From positions 82,529 to 146,528 of the forward strand of contig JACPAF010000002.1 of the NCBI GenBank assembly GCA_016180965.1: a DNA stretch of 64,000 nucleotides, read 5' to 3'. This stretch comes from Candidatus Aenigmatarchaeota archaeon. GTDB lineage: Archaea; Aenigmatarchaeota; Aenigmatarchaeia; JACPZZ01. Positions 53,150 through 62,639 of the stretch are shown one piece after another; within the stretch, counting starts at the first letter, position 1; the number at the start of each line of letters is the position of its first letter. A program made the translations under genes and the position numbers. The notes below the pieces were generated by a model. It was not told where the DNA came from. It saw only the letters and a list, made by a program, of their open reading frames with translations, and made no database searches.

Positions 53150-53959
53150 TTATCTTTTCTTTGCGAACCTGTAAAGATTGTCATCGTTAATATTTTTTAC
53201 CGCTTTCAAATATTGTGGGTTTCTTTCCAAATCTTTCTGCTTTATCCCAAAGCCCGATTTCATATATTCACCCACGATGCGCCTGAGAGCCCAACCGGGC
53301 AGGTCCACGCTTTGGTAAGGCATGAAACCCAGCCTCGTCGCGTGCGCATGCCCGCCTTTCCTCACAGGAGGTATTTCAAATTCAACGTCTTTCACGAAGT
53401 ATCCCGTCCTTTCCACTATGTCACCCATACTCTTCTTCGAAACTTCAACATCGTTGAAAAATCCGATCGGTTTTTCACCGTGTTTGGCTGCGTATTGCTG
53501 CAATTGCGGCATGAAATTATCCACGCCTTCGACTATCCTCAGCAAGGATCCTCGGCTGCGCGGATCTACGGAAGTGTACCACCTTACTCCGAAACGATCT
53601 CCGGGAAAATAACTCATTTGACTGGCAGCTACAATTTGATCGGTTTTATTCCCCGCAATTGTCGTATCCCTGACAACGAGAACATGAAACTCGCTGTTGC
53701 TGCCCGGATGGGCTTTCCCGGTTTTTTGAGTGCTCTTGAGGTAGTTAGCGATTTTGTAAACCTCTTCCCTCTCGTCCTTAGGAAAAGTTTTTACGTATAT
53801 TTGCATCGCTTTTTTAAATTCCTGCGAATCCGGATCCGTGACTTCTTCAACCACAAGAGTGGACGAAGGCAAAGCCAACAAAGCTTTTTTGTGCAGCGAC
53901 GGCCCTGTTGTTTCCAATTGTCTTCTTACGTCTTTGATTTTTTCTGCAATAACCATCAA
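53150..53959 (-). CDS. Hypothetical protein (269 aa), possibly GNAT-like
   Basis: Balanced composition. The 'VDPRSRGSLLRIV' region is only weakly reminiscent of the acetyl-CoA-binding motif. Confidence 0.4.
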   Translation of the reverse strand: MMVIAEKIKDVRRQLETTGPSLHKKALLALPSSTLVVEEVTDPDSQEFKKAMQIYVKTFPKDEREEVYKIANYLKSTQKTGKAHPGSNSEFHVLVVRDTTIAGNKTDQIVAASQMSYFPGDRFGVRWYTSVDPRSRGSLLRIVEGVDNFMPQLQQYAAKHGEKPIGFFNDVEVSKKSMGDIVERTGYFVKDVEFEIPPVRKGGHAHATRLGFMPYQSVDLPGWALRRIVGEYMKSGFGIKQKDLERNPQYLKAVKNINDDNLYRFAKKR

Positions 53960-53965
53960 ATCACA

Positions 53966-54949
53966 TCAAAACTTCATAACTTCTTCCGCTGCCTTCCTTA
54001 CACGATCTACGTTGGGCAAATATAAATTTTCATGTTTTGCGAGAGGCATCGGTATATCAAAGCCGGTAACGCGTTTAACTGGCGCTTTTAGTGAAAGTAT
54101 ATCAGCTTCACTTATCGTTGCAGCTATTTCTGCGCCCAACCCCAAGGTGTGCGGTGCTTCATGCACGATGACAGCACGGCCCGTCTTATTTACAGACTTC
54201 AAAATAGTTTCCGTGTCCATCGGCGACAGGGAACGCAAATCAATTATTTCAGCGTCTATGTTTTTATTTTTCAACATTTCCGCCGTTTCCTCGCATACGC
54301 GAACCATTGTACCCCACGAAATTATTGTAAGGTCCGAGCCTTCTTTAACTATATTCGCTTTTCCTATCGGAATTTCATAATCCTTTTCCGGCACTTCCAT
54401 TTTCGGCGCGCGGTAAAGTTTTTTCGGTTCAAAAAATATTATCGGATCCTTTTCGCGCATTGCCGATGTTAACAAACCTTTCGCGTCATAAGGCGTAGAA
54501 GGCATCACGGCTTTCAAGCCGGGCGTGTGGACTATATAAGTTTCGGGAGATTCGGAGTGATGCTCGGGCGCATGAATACCGCCGGAACATGGGACACGAA
54601 CGACTATAGGGCATGCGAAACGCCCGCGTGAACGGTTCCTTAATTTTGCAGCGTGCGAAATTAATTGGTCCAATGCAGGATAGATAAAACCGTCGAATTG
54701 TATTTCCGCGATCGGTTTTAAACCGCGTATAGACATTCCTATTGACACGCCTACTATTGCCGACTCTGCTAACGGAGAATCTATTACGCGTTCAGAACCG
54801 AATTTTTCCATCAAACCTTCCGTAACGCGGAACACGCCTCCGTCTTTGCCTATGTCTTCGCCCAACAAAACTATTTTTTCATTTTTTTCCATTTCCTGAC
54901 GCAAGGCCATGTTGATAGACTGCGACATATTCAACAATGGCATAATCAT
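53966..54949 (-). CDS. 2-oxoacid (pyruvate/branched-chain) dehydrogenase E1 component, beta subunit
   Basis: 'LLGEDIGKDGGVFRVTEGL', 'RVIDSPLAESAIVG' and 'AEIQFDGFIYPALDQ'. Confidence 0.93.
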   Translation of the reverse strand: MIMPLLNMSQSINMALRQEMEKNEKIVLLGEDIGKDGGVFRVTEGLMEKFGSERVIDSPLAESAIVGVSIGMSIRGLKPIAEIQFDGFIYPALDQLISHAAKLRNRSRGRFACPIVVRVPCSGGIHAPEHHSESPETYIVHTPGLKAVMPSTPYDAKGLLTSAMREKDPIIFFEPKKLYRAPKMEVPEKDYEIPIGKANIVKEGSDLTIISWGTMVRVCEETAEMLKNKNIDAEIIDLRSLSPMDTETILKSVNKTGRAVIVHEAPHTLGLGAEIAATISEADILSLKAPVKRVTGFDIPMPLAKHENLYLPNVDRVRKAAEEVMKF

Positions 54950-55416
54950 TTCTCCAAAACAATGGCGCGCTGTTCTTTCGGGAATTTTTTTTGGTCCTGC
55001 ATAACCAGCAAACGAGGCGTTATTTTATACATCCTGATTTCTCCAGATCCCAAAACGCTGGCTGATTTTATTATTTTTTCCGCTGCAGGATAACGTTTAA
55101 CGAAAATTTTATACGCAGCTTCCAGCTCTTTTCCCATTAACATTTTGGCTGCGCCTTCAAACTGCATACCTGTATTAGGCGCGCTGAATATTTTTTGCGG
55201 TTTTACTATCGTGCCTGCGACATTTGGATTTTTTCGTATTTCAAAACTGTGGCGGCGGTGATAGCGGGAAAGGAAATATAAATTGAATTTTTTATCGTAT
55301 GCATAAAACACCGTGGAAGCCCACGGTTTTTTATTCGAACAGGTTGCCAATGCCATTATCCTGACGTTTTCCATGTAATTGAGGGCCAATTTTTTAAGAT
55401 TTGTTTTCATCTTCAA
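54946..55416 (-). CDS. Pyridoxamine 5'-phosphate oxidase-like FMN-binding protein
   Basis: 'IMALATCSNKKPWASTVFYAYD' and 'LYFLSRYHRRHSFEIRKNPNVAG' follow the PNPOx-like split-barrel pattern. Confidence 0.7.
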   Translation of the reverse strand: MKMKTNLKKLALNYMENVRIMALATCSNKKPWASTVFYAYDKKFNLYFLSRYHRRHSFEIRKNPNVAGTIVKPQKIFSAPNTGMQFEGAAKMLMGKELEAAYKIFVKRYPAAEKIIKSASVLGSGEIRMYKITPRLLVMQDQKKFPKEQRAIVLEK

Positions 55417-56461
55417 CCTCCTTTTGCTGCGCTTCCAGGTTAGTTGTCATTTTCGAGTACACATACTCAAATATTTTTCCTTTGTCTTCTGCTGTTACGG
55501 ACAAATATTTTTCCGCAGCTTCATCTACTTTCTTTTTCATTTTTTCATTTACTTTATCATCATACGCTTTCGTCCAGATTGTTTTTGATTCCATATATTT
55601 TCGCAATCTCTCTATAGGGTCTTTTTTTATTCACTCTTCGACTTCAGTTTTTTCGCGGTATTTTCCGGCGTCGTCGGCGGTCGTGTGGTCGCCAATCCTG
55701 TACGTAAATAATTCTATCAACGTAGGTCCGCCGCCGGAACGGGCTTTTTCAAGCGCATCTTTCACTGCTTTGTAAACCGCGAAAACGTCGTTGCCGTCTA
55801 CCTGTATACCGTTGAAGCCGAAAGCTATGGCCTTTTGCGCTATTGTTTGTGCGGCCGTCTGTTTTTTTCGCGGAACAGAAATTGCCCACTGGTTGTTCAC
55901 GCAAACTAAAACCAATGGAAGTTTAAAAACACCTGCAAAATTCATGGCTTCATTGACATCGCCTTCCGATGTGGCGCCGTCGCCGAAATAAACGAGTGAA
56001 ACGATTCCATCATTCATTATTTTGGAAGCCATTGCTATGCCTGCGGCATGCAACGGCTGCGTCCCTACGGGTATGGCGAACGGCAAATCATTCTGTTCAA
56101 CTGGTATTTTCTGGCCGCGTTCGTCTCCGCCCCAATATTGTAAAATCATTTCCATCGGCAATCCGCGCACTATCATGGATGCGTTTTCGCGGAACGCGGG
56201 TATCATCCAATCGGATTTGCCCAAGGCGTACGCACTTGCAACTTGCGCGGCTTCCAGACCGCGTATTGACGGGTATGTTCCCAATAAACCTTCACGCTGC
56301 AGGCTAATCGCTTTCACGTCAAAAATTCTTGAGAGAACCATAAATTCATAGATTTCTTTTATCTGGTCTTTTGTCAAATCGGAAAAAGATTCGCCACAAT
56401 GGCCGTTCTCGTCTAGAATCTGCAAATAATTGACAGAAAACTTGGCTATTTCCTTTTCCAT
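55394..56461 (-). pseudogene. 2-oxoacid dehydrogenase E1 component, alpha subunit, interrupted by one in-frame TGA (55631-55633)
   Basis: TPP motif 'YFGDGATSEGDVNEAMNFA'. The reading frame continues as '...YREKTEVEE*IKKDPIERLRKYMESK...', with the stop at a position that is normally Trp. Confidence 0.8.
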
Positions 56462-56499
56462 GCTGGCACGCTGGAATAAATTGTATTTACTGCCAGATA

Positions 56500-57393
56500 T
56501 TAATTGCTGCCTTGACCGCCGTTAATGACCGATTTTATAAAGAGTTCGCCGGCACGGTACGACGAACGGATGAAAGGTCCGGATGCTACATAAAGGAAGC
56601 CTCGTCGCTCGCCTTCCGACTTTAGTTTTTCAAATACATCCGGATGGACATAATTTTCGACTGCCATCTGCCTTTTACTGGGACGCAAATACTGGCCTAT
56701 CGTGAAAAAATCGACTCCTATGCTGCGCAAATCGTCCATGGCTTCGCAGACTTCCTGTTCGGTTTCGCCTAAACCAAGCATTATCGAGGATTTTGTGCGT
56801 ATATTTGGGTTCAATCTTTTCACAGTTTTCAATACGCTTAACGACTGATCGTAGTTAGCACGCATGTCGCGGATAAATCTTTGAAGGCGGCGAACGGTTT
56901 CAATATTATGCGCGATCACGTCCGGATTTGCGTCAACTATGTTTTTAATAAGATCTTCACGCCCGCGGAAATCCGGTATTAAAACTTCAATCAGAATGCC
57001 GGGATTCATTTTCTTGACAGCTTTGATGCATGCTGCGAAATGCAGCGAACCCTGGTCTGGCAAATCGTCGCGATCTACGGATGTTATAACAACGTAATCC
57101 AGGTTAAATTCTTTCACGGCCTTGGCTAGTTTAACTGGCTCGAATATGTCCAATTCCTGCGGTTTTCCGTGCGAAACCTCGCAAAAACGGCAGCCTCTTG
57201 TGCACACGCTACCCATAACCATGAACGTCGCTGTCCCGCCGGACCAGCATTCGGATATGTTCGGACAATGCGCTGACTCACAAACAGTGTTTAAACCGAG
57301 GGCTTTGACTGTTTCACGCACTTTAGCGAAAGAACCCATGGTCTGCAATTTTGTTTTCAGCCATTCCGGTTTGTTGCTTGAAACTAACGACAT
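56500..57393 (-). CDS. lipA: Lipoyl synthase
   Basis: 'CESAHCPNISEC' and the radical-SAM motif 'CTRGCRFC'. Start set at 'MSLVSSNKPEW'. Confidence 0.93.
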   Translation of the reverse strand: MSLVSSNKPEWLKTKLQTMGSFAKVRETVKALGLNTVCESAHCPNISECWSGGTATFMVMGSVCTRGCRFCEVSHGKPQELDIFEPVKLAKAVKEFNLDYVVITSVDRDDLPDQGSLHFAACIKAVKKMNPGILIEVLIPDFRGREDLIKNIVDANPDVIAHNIETVRRLQRFIRDMRANYDQSLSVLKTVKRLNPNIRTKSSIMLGLGETEQEVCEAMDDLRSIGVDFFTIGQYLRPSKRQMAVENYVHPDVFEKLKSEGERRGFLYVASGPFIRSSYRAGELFIKSVINGGQGSN

Positions 57394-57395
57394 AC

Positions 57396-57662
57396 TTATC
57401 CGCCTAAAGCCCATTTTTTCAGGTTTTCGTAACCGGTCGATCCGCAAATCCATTTTCCCGTTTTTTTGTTAAAAAAGAATGGAACGCCTCCGCAGTAACC
57501 TTTGTCGCACTTACTCATAACCTCGGCATTTTCCCGGCTGTGCCAGACTTCCATACGGGTTATCTTGATTTTTTCCTCCTTTTCCAGACGCTCTATCAGC
57601 GGCTTCATCTCTATACAAGGAGCGCATTCAGCACCGTAGAATTCCAAAAGTTCTTCGGACAC
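57396..57662 (-). CDS. Glutaredoxin/thioredoxin-like small protein
   Basis: 'FYGAECAPCIEMKP' (CxxC) and 'GVPFFFN'. Confidence 0.75.
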   Translation of the reverse strand: MSEELLEFYGAECAPCIEMKPLIERLEKEEKIKITRMEVWHSRENAEVMSKCDKGYCGGVPFFFNKKTGKWICGSTGYENLKKWALGG

Positions 57663-57734
57663 AATAGATAATTTCGCACTATGGTATTAAAGTCTGATAT
57701 CATCTTAAAATCGACATTAATCGAATATTCATGT

Positions 57735-58581
57735 ATGAAAGGCGTCACACCTGTCATAGCTTTGGTCATGCTGATGTTAATCACAGTGGGCATCGTTGGC
57801 GCGTCCGCGACATGGTTTTCGGGCACGTTTACATCACAGACGAAAAAATTCGTGTTTCTTCGGCGATATGAAAAATTATATGGCCGGTTATTGGAAATTT
57901 GATGAAGGGTCTGGTACAACAGCGTCGGATAATTCCGGCACAGCACCGCCGAATACAGGAACATTGACGAACATGGATACCGCGACTGTTTGGGTCGCAG
58001 GGAAATCAGGACGCGCATTGAAATTCGACGGGGTCAACGATTATGTAAATGTGCCTGACAGTGCGAGTCTTACTATTTCAGGCCCAATTACTGTATCAGC
58101 CTGGGTCAATTTCAAGTCATTCACAAACATAATTGAGGCGATCGCCAGCAAAAATGCTGTCAGCAATGGATGGACTTTGGAAAAAGAAGCCGCTTCAAAT
58201 GCGCTGTCATTCTGGATAAATAGTGCAAACAGGGCAACAACGGACGTTTTATCATTAAACACGTGGTACCACATCACGGGCACGTTTGACGGTTCGAATA
58301 TCAAAATATACAGAGATGGCGTGCGCAAAGCCACAACAGCGCAAGGCAGTTCCACAGCTTCTGCCGGCAGCCTGAGAATAGGCGTGGCTGCTTTGGACGC
58401 CAACCGCTTTTTCGACGGGGTAATAGATGAAGTGAAAATCTACAACAAAGCTATCGGCGATGTCAACATACAGCCTGGAAGTTCCGGTCTTGTTATCAAT
58501 TATCCTGGCCTGGAAGGCAAACACGCAATTAAAATCGGAACGTCTTCAAACGTTGCAGAAGCAGGCGTAACTTGCGTGTAA
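57735..58581 (+). pseudogene. Class-III-signal (pilin-like) LamG-domain protein, frameshifted; a +1 shift is needed between 57796 and 57902
   Basis: The signal 'MKGVTPVIALVMLMLITVGIVG' is in frame 0. The LamG part 'MAGYWKFDEGSGTTASDNSG...WVAGKSGRALKFDG' is in frame +1. An A6 run (57843-57848) lies in the overlap. Confidence 0.7.
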
Positions 58582-58586
58582 CGTTT

Positions 58587-59546
58587 TTAATTTCTCTTGA
58601 CCCGTTTAAAACCGGAAATTTCCACGATTTTCAACTTAAATTTCTTTTCCATCTTATCCAGAACCAGGTTCATGCCCAAAGAATCGGAAGACATGTGGCC
58701 TGCAGCAACGACGTTGATGTTATGCGACTTCGCTTCTTCGTACTGGTCTTTTGACATGTGCATCGCCACTATGGTGTTTATTCCGGATTCGGCCATGATT
58801 TTCATGCGTGATTTGTCAAGCTCTGTTCCGCCGGTCATATCAAATGTTATTTTGCCGCATTCGTTATCCGAGTTACCAACGAAAATGGTCGGACCCATTC
58901 CGTGAGATGCGGCCCACTGGTATTCGGGAATTTTATAAAGAATATCCAACAGGTTTTTTATCGTTCTTGGTTTTTCCTTATCCAAAAGTTTTTGTAAAAA
59001 CGTGTGTACGTGATTGTCTGCTATGGTGTGCATGGACATGAACGGGATATTCAACAGACGTGCCGAGTCTATAGTGCGTGTGTGATTAAACGGATGCAAG
59101 CCTCGGCGGACTTCATCAACGCGCGGTCGGACGATTGCTTCGGCCTGTGAAATTGGCACGCCGCTCTGATGCAATATGCGGATTTGCATGTCCATTACCT
59201 GGTGTAGCGCAGCCAACGCACGGCCTTCCGGGTGGTGGGTTATAACCGCGTCTATTTTCGTCCCCTTTTGCTTTAATCGATCAATTAAAAGCATTTCAGG
59301 AGTTTCTATATCTATTCCGATTGCGACCGATTCTATGTTTTTTGCGTTTTCGTCGTTCAAAAGCAAGCTATCAGCAAACGGATTCTCCGTGCGTCCTTTG
59401 TCGAAATATTCCTTATTGTAACCTTTCAGGTCGTTGTATTTTTCCTTTGTCTCATCAAGAATACGTTTTATTTCCTGCTCTCCCCGCGGATCCTCCTTAA
59501 TACCTTCCTTGACCGCGAATTCGTGCAATTCCTTCAAAGAAGCCAT
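58587..59546 (-). CDS. NIF3-family (GTP cyclohydrolase 1 type 2-like) dinuclear-metal protein
   Basis: 'DAVITHHPEG', 'MHTIADNH' and 'VVAAGHMSSDSLG'. Confidence 0.8.
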   Translation of the reverse strand: MASLKELHEFAVKEGIKEDPRGEQEIKRILDETKEKYNDLKGYNKEYFDKGRTENPFADSLLLNDENAKNIESVAIGIDIETPEMLLIDRLKQKGTKIDAVITHHPEGRALAALHQVMDMQIRILHQSGVPISQAEAIVRPRVDEVRRGLHPFNHTRTIDSARLLNIPFMSMHTIADNHVHTFLQKLLDKEKPRTIKNLLDILYKIPEYQWAASHGMGPTIFVGNSDNECGKITFDMTGGTELDKSRMKIMAESGINTIVAMHMSKDQYEEAKSHNINVVAAGHMSSDSLGMNLVLDKMEKKFKLKIVEISGFKRVKRN

Positions 59547-59629
59547 TCAAACCAGATAATATTATGTAAATTCGGGTTTAAATTACCAAATCAACTATTG
59601 TAAGCGTGGCTGGTCAACTTTATTTACCC

Positions 59630-61054
59630 ATGCACAAATGCGGCATAGGGGCGGCTGTAAACACAGAAACGCCTTTTCAGGATATGTTTCAGCAAGCTGT
59701 GAGCATACAAAACAGGGGTTACGACGGCTGCGGATTCTCGCTCCACGATTTGGATAGCGGAATAATAAAAACTTACAGGGGCCCGGGCAGGGTGGTGAAT
59801 GTTTTTTTAGAAAGCCTGGACGCATCGGAAATAAATTCCGACAGGGGAATTTTTAACAACAGATACAGGACAACAGGAGACACAAACCCGCAAAATTTGC
59901 AGCCTATTGCTGCCGGAGGTTATGTTGTCTCGCACAACGGCAATGTTTTCAATTCCAGGCGCCTCGCAGAAGAACACGGGATAAAACTGGAAGATTCTGA
60001 TTCTGATACACACGTGATTGCCCAAATAATCAGGCAGGCGGGAAGTATCAAAGCTGGCATGAAATTGTTGGCAGAGGAGGCGCTCGGCGCGTTTAACCTT
60101 GCTGTCATGGATATCAACGGAGTCGTTGGCGTGTACAGGGACCCGTGGGGTTATCACCCGTTATTCGCGGGAAGGCGCGGAAAATCAACATATTTCGCAT
60201 CCGAGGAACCCGGGATACATGCGCTCGGAATTTATGATGCTGAAGAACTAAAACCCGGAGACTTGTGGTTAACGGACGGGGTTTACACTGATAAAATTTC
60301 GATAAGGCCTTCGCGCACCAAATCCGGTTTTCCGATAAGAACAAGCATATGCTCGGTGGAAATTCCATACTTCATGAATCCGGGGGGCAGTTTCGGAGGA
60401 ACTCTCAGTTCACAGTTCAGGGAAAACGCCGGCGCAAGACTGGCTGATCTGGACGAATTCCCGAATGACGGCGATACAATTGTAGTGCCGATAATGAATT
60501 CCGGGGAACATTATGCAATAGGCTATAGCGAGAGGAGCGGAATACCAATGAAAAAAGGTTTCCAGGTTAATACAGCAATGAACAGGCTCTACATGGAGGA
60601 AGACAAATTAAGCGTGTTGGGCGTGACCCCGCAAAAGATGGCCAGGCTAAAAAATATGGTAGTACCGGAAATAGTCAGGGGCAAAAGAGTCATAGTCACT
60701 GACGATACGATAGTGAGGGCAGGAACTGTTCCAGAATTAATAAAAGACCTTTTTGATGCCGGCGCCGAAGAAGTTCATTTAAGAATCGGGACGTCTCCGA
60801 TAATATCCTCCTGCCACATGGGGCTGAATCATTCGGACACAACTAAATTACGCGCTGCCACAGCGGTTGAAAATCCCCGAACCGCACCTCTTAGAGAAAT
60901 GGAGGAGAGCGTCCGAATAGGCATTGACGGCAGAATAAAATCGCTGCGTTATTTGCCCATGGAAGATTTCAAAACCCTCCTAGGCGACAAAAATGACCAT
61001 TGCTTCGGATGTTTTACCGGAGTTTACCCGGTTCCCATACTGCAAGCCCATTAA
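59630..61054 (+). CDS. purF: Amidophosphoribosyltransferase-like protein (class-II glutamine amidotransferase plus PRTase domain)
   Basis: 'MHK-CGIGA' supplies the N-terminal nucleophile Cys. 'QNRGYDGCGFS', and the PRPP loop 'VIVTDDTIVRAGT'. Confidence 0.8.
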   Translation: MHKCGIGAAVNTETPFQDMFQQAVSIQNRGYDGCGFSLHDLDSGIIKTYRGPGRVVNVFLESLDASEINSDRGIFNNRYRTTGDTNPQNLQPIAAGGYVVSHNGNVFNSRRLAEEHGIKLEDSDSDTHVIAQIIRQAGSIKAGMKLLAEEALGAFNLAVMDINGVVGVYRDPWGYHPLFAGRRGKSTYFASEEPGIHALGIYDAEELKPGDLWLTDGVYTDKISIRPSRTKSGFPIRTSICSVEIPYFMNPGGSFGGTLSSQFRENAGARLADLDEFPNDGDTIVVPIMNSGEHYAIGYSERSGIPMKKGFQVNTAMNRLYMEEDKLSVLGVTPQKMARLKNMVVPEIVRGKRVIVTDDTIVRAGTVPELIKDLFDAGAEEVHLRIGTSPIISSCHMGLNHSDTTKLRAATAVENPRTAPLREMEESVRIGIDGRIKSLRYLPMEDFKTLLGDKNDHCFGCFTGVYPVPILQAH

Positions 61055-61086
61055 CCTTTATTACCGCGCATCAACAACTGTTTTTG

Positions 61087-61533
61087 ATGAAAAATCTGAA
61101 TTACAAAATATGCGAAATCATTGACAGGAAACCGTTTCGTGTATTTGCCGTATTGCTGCTTATTTTGAACTTATCCGGGCTTGGAGACGCCAATTATTTA
61201 ACATTACTCGCAATCTCTGGTTCTTTGCTTTCAATTTTCACCAGCCTGGCGCTTAAAATGATTTTCAAAACAAGACGGCCTGAGCATAACAAATACAGGA
61301 TAATAAAATACGGGTTTCCGTCCGGACATGCCCATGTAATCTTTACGATAGCTACGATATACTCATACTATTTGCCTTATCTGACAATGCCGTTTTTCAT
61401 ATTAGCCAGCTTTGTGTCTGCAAGCCGGATAAAAATAAAGGCGCACGGGCACGTGGACTTATTGGGCGGGATTTTTTTGGGAATCTTCACAGGCCTTATT
61501 GTCGCGGTTTTAGCGCCCAGATTAATGGGTTAA
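61087..61533 (+). CDS. PAP2-family phosphatase (membrane)
   Basis: 'KMIFKTRRP', 'PSGH' and 'SRIKIKAHGHVD' are the three PAP2 motifs. Confidence 0.88.
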   Translation: MKNLNYKICEIIDRKPFRVFAVLLLILNLSGLGDANYLTLLAISGSLLSIFTSLALKMIFKTRRPEHNKYRIIKYGFPSGHAHVIFTIATIYSYYLPYLTMPFFILASFVSASRIKIKAHGHVDLLGGIFLGIFTGLIVAVLAPRLMG

Positions 61534-62627
61534 CGGGATTTCTTGTTGTATATTTCCCATTTCACGTCCTTGCCCGATGCCATTTTGAAAACGGTTTCCA
61601 TTATTGAAATACCGAAAACCAAAACCATCGGTATGATCAATGGGGAATAGAAAACAAATTTTATTTTTTTCCCTTTTACCGAACAGATCAAGGAAAATAA
61701 TGACGCTGAAATAACCAGAATGGCGAGCATTGAAACTGCGAAAGCTTCCATTGACAAAAAATAATACAAGTAAAACGGCATCGAAATTGCTATTAACGAA
61801 GAAATAACAAGTATAGCAACTGAAAGGTAATCTTTGCCTGTCGACAAAATAAACCCTTTCATGCGCGCGCCCACCCCTTTACGGTAATCGCGCAGCGAAC
61901 TTGGGATGTGCTGGTAAGTTTCAGCATCGGCATGCTCTACTGTGAAACTGTTTCTTCTCGCATCATTGACGAAGTCCCAATCTTCATTGAAACTGTTCTT
62001 GAATCTGATTTTCTTGAAAACGCCCGTTTTAACCATTGACCCGATCCCCATGTATTCCCCGGATTTCAACAAAGACCCCAAACCTTCGGATATCCTGGAA
62101 GTGAAATACAACCCGTAACCGTAGATCTTACCGTATAATGATTTTTCCGATATGGAACAAAATTCGGATATTATTATATCCGCATCCCTGGCAAGCATTT
62201 TTTTAATCCAATTGCTTTCCAAGACACAATCTGCGTCAACGAAAGCTGTATAATCGCCTTTAACTTTTCCGATGGCCGTATTCAGGGCGAACCATTTTCC
62301 GCGCCTGGCTTTTTCGTGTATAAAATTAACGCGCTTGCCGCGGGCCAAGTTATTGCATATCTTCAAAGTGTTTTCATCCCCTCCGCCGATTAAAATTACA
62401 TTAAACTTTCCTTCCGGATAATTTTGCGCTAAGATTGAATTAACACATTTAGCTACTCGATTACCTTCGTTCCATACTGCGACTACAAAAGAAATTCCAG
62501 GCTCTTTTTTGATTTTCATTGACGGCCTGGTGAAAATTATCCCGAATGCGGCAATTATTTGTATCAGGATTATGGGAACAACCCATATCACGGAAAACAA
62601 CTGAATTTCGGATACCAATTTAACCAC
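61530..62627 (-). CDS. Membrane glycosyltransferase family 2, paralogue A
   Basis: 'SFVVAVWNEGNRVAKCVNSILAQNYP' and 'FVDADCVL', with N- and C-terminal TM segments. Confidence 0.85.
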   Translation of the reverse strand: MVKLVSEIQLFSVIWVVPIILIQIIAAFGIIFTRPSMKIKKEPGISFVVAVWNEGNRVAKCVNSILAQNYPEGKFNVILIGGGDENTLKICNNLARGKRVNFIHEKARRGKWFALNTAIGKVKGDYTAFVDADCVLESNWIKKMLARDADIIISEFCSISEKSLYGKIYGYGLYFTSRISEGLGSLLKSGEYMGIGSMVKTGVFKKIRFKNSFNEDWDFVNDARRNSFTVEHADAETYQHIPSSLRDYRKGVGARMKGFILSTGKDYLSVAILVISSLIAISMPFYLYYFLSMEAFAVSMLAILVISASLFSLICSVKGKKIKFVFYSPLIIPMVLVFGISIMETVFKMASGKDVKWEIYNKKSR

Positions 62628-62639
62628 ACATTTTAAACA

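Noticed and set aside
53213-54380. Long plus-strand ORFs of 270 aa and 180 aa, antisense to 53150-53959 and the E1-beta gene
   Set aside because: Their translations are compositionally aberrant (F/R/H/C-rich with no motifs). The minus-strand products are a bona fide E1-beta and a balanced-composition protein. These are shadow ORFs. The same reasoning rejects the other antisense ORFs in the track, for example 352-534, 1010-1288, 2245-2742, 16723-17166, 38926-39462 and 44527-44946.
55631-55633. Genome-wide reassignment of TGA to Trp (a code-4-like genetic code), considered as the explanation for the in-frame TGA in E1-alpha
   Set aside because: TGA is clearly a functional stop for many conserved genes here, including rpl3, rpl2, rps19, rps3, SUI1, rpl24, rpl5, rpl32e and rpl19e. 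In each case the next gene's start lies immediately after or overlaps the stop. A global recoding is therefore untenable, and only a local mutation, an error or readthrough remains possible.
52023-58581. A diversity-generating retroelement targeting the lectin-type pilin-like genes
   Set aside because: No reverse transcriptase gene is present. I could not find a template/variable-repeat pair (a near-identical stretch of about 100 nt differing at adenines) by eye. The similarity among the three genes is ordinary paralogy.
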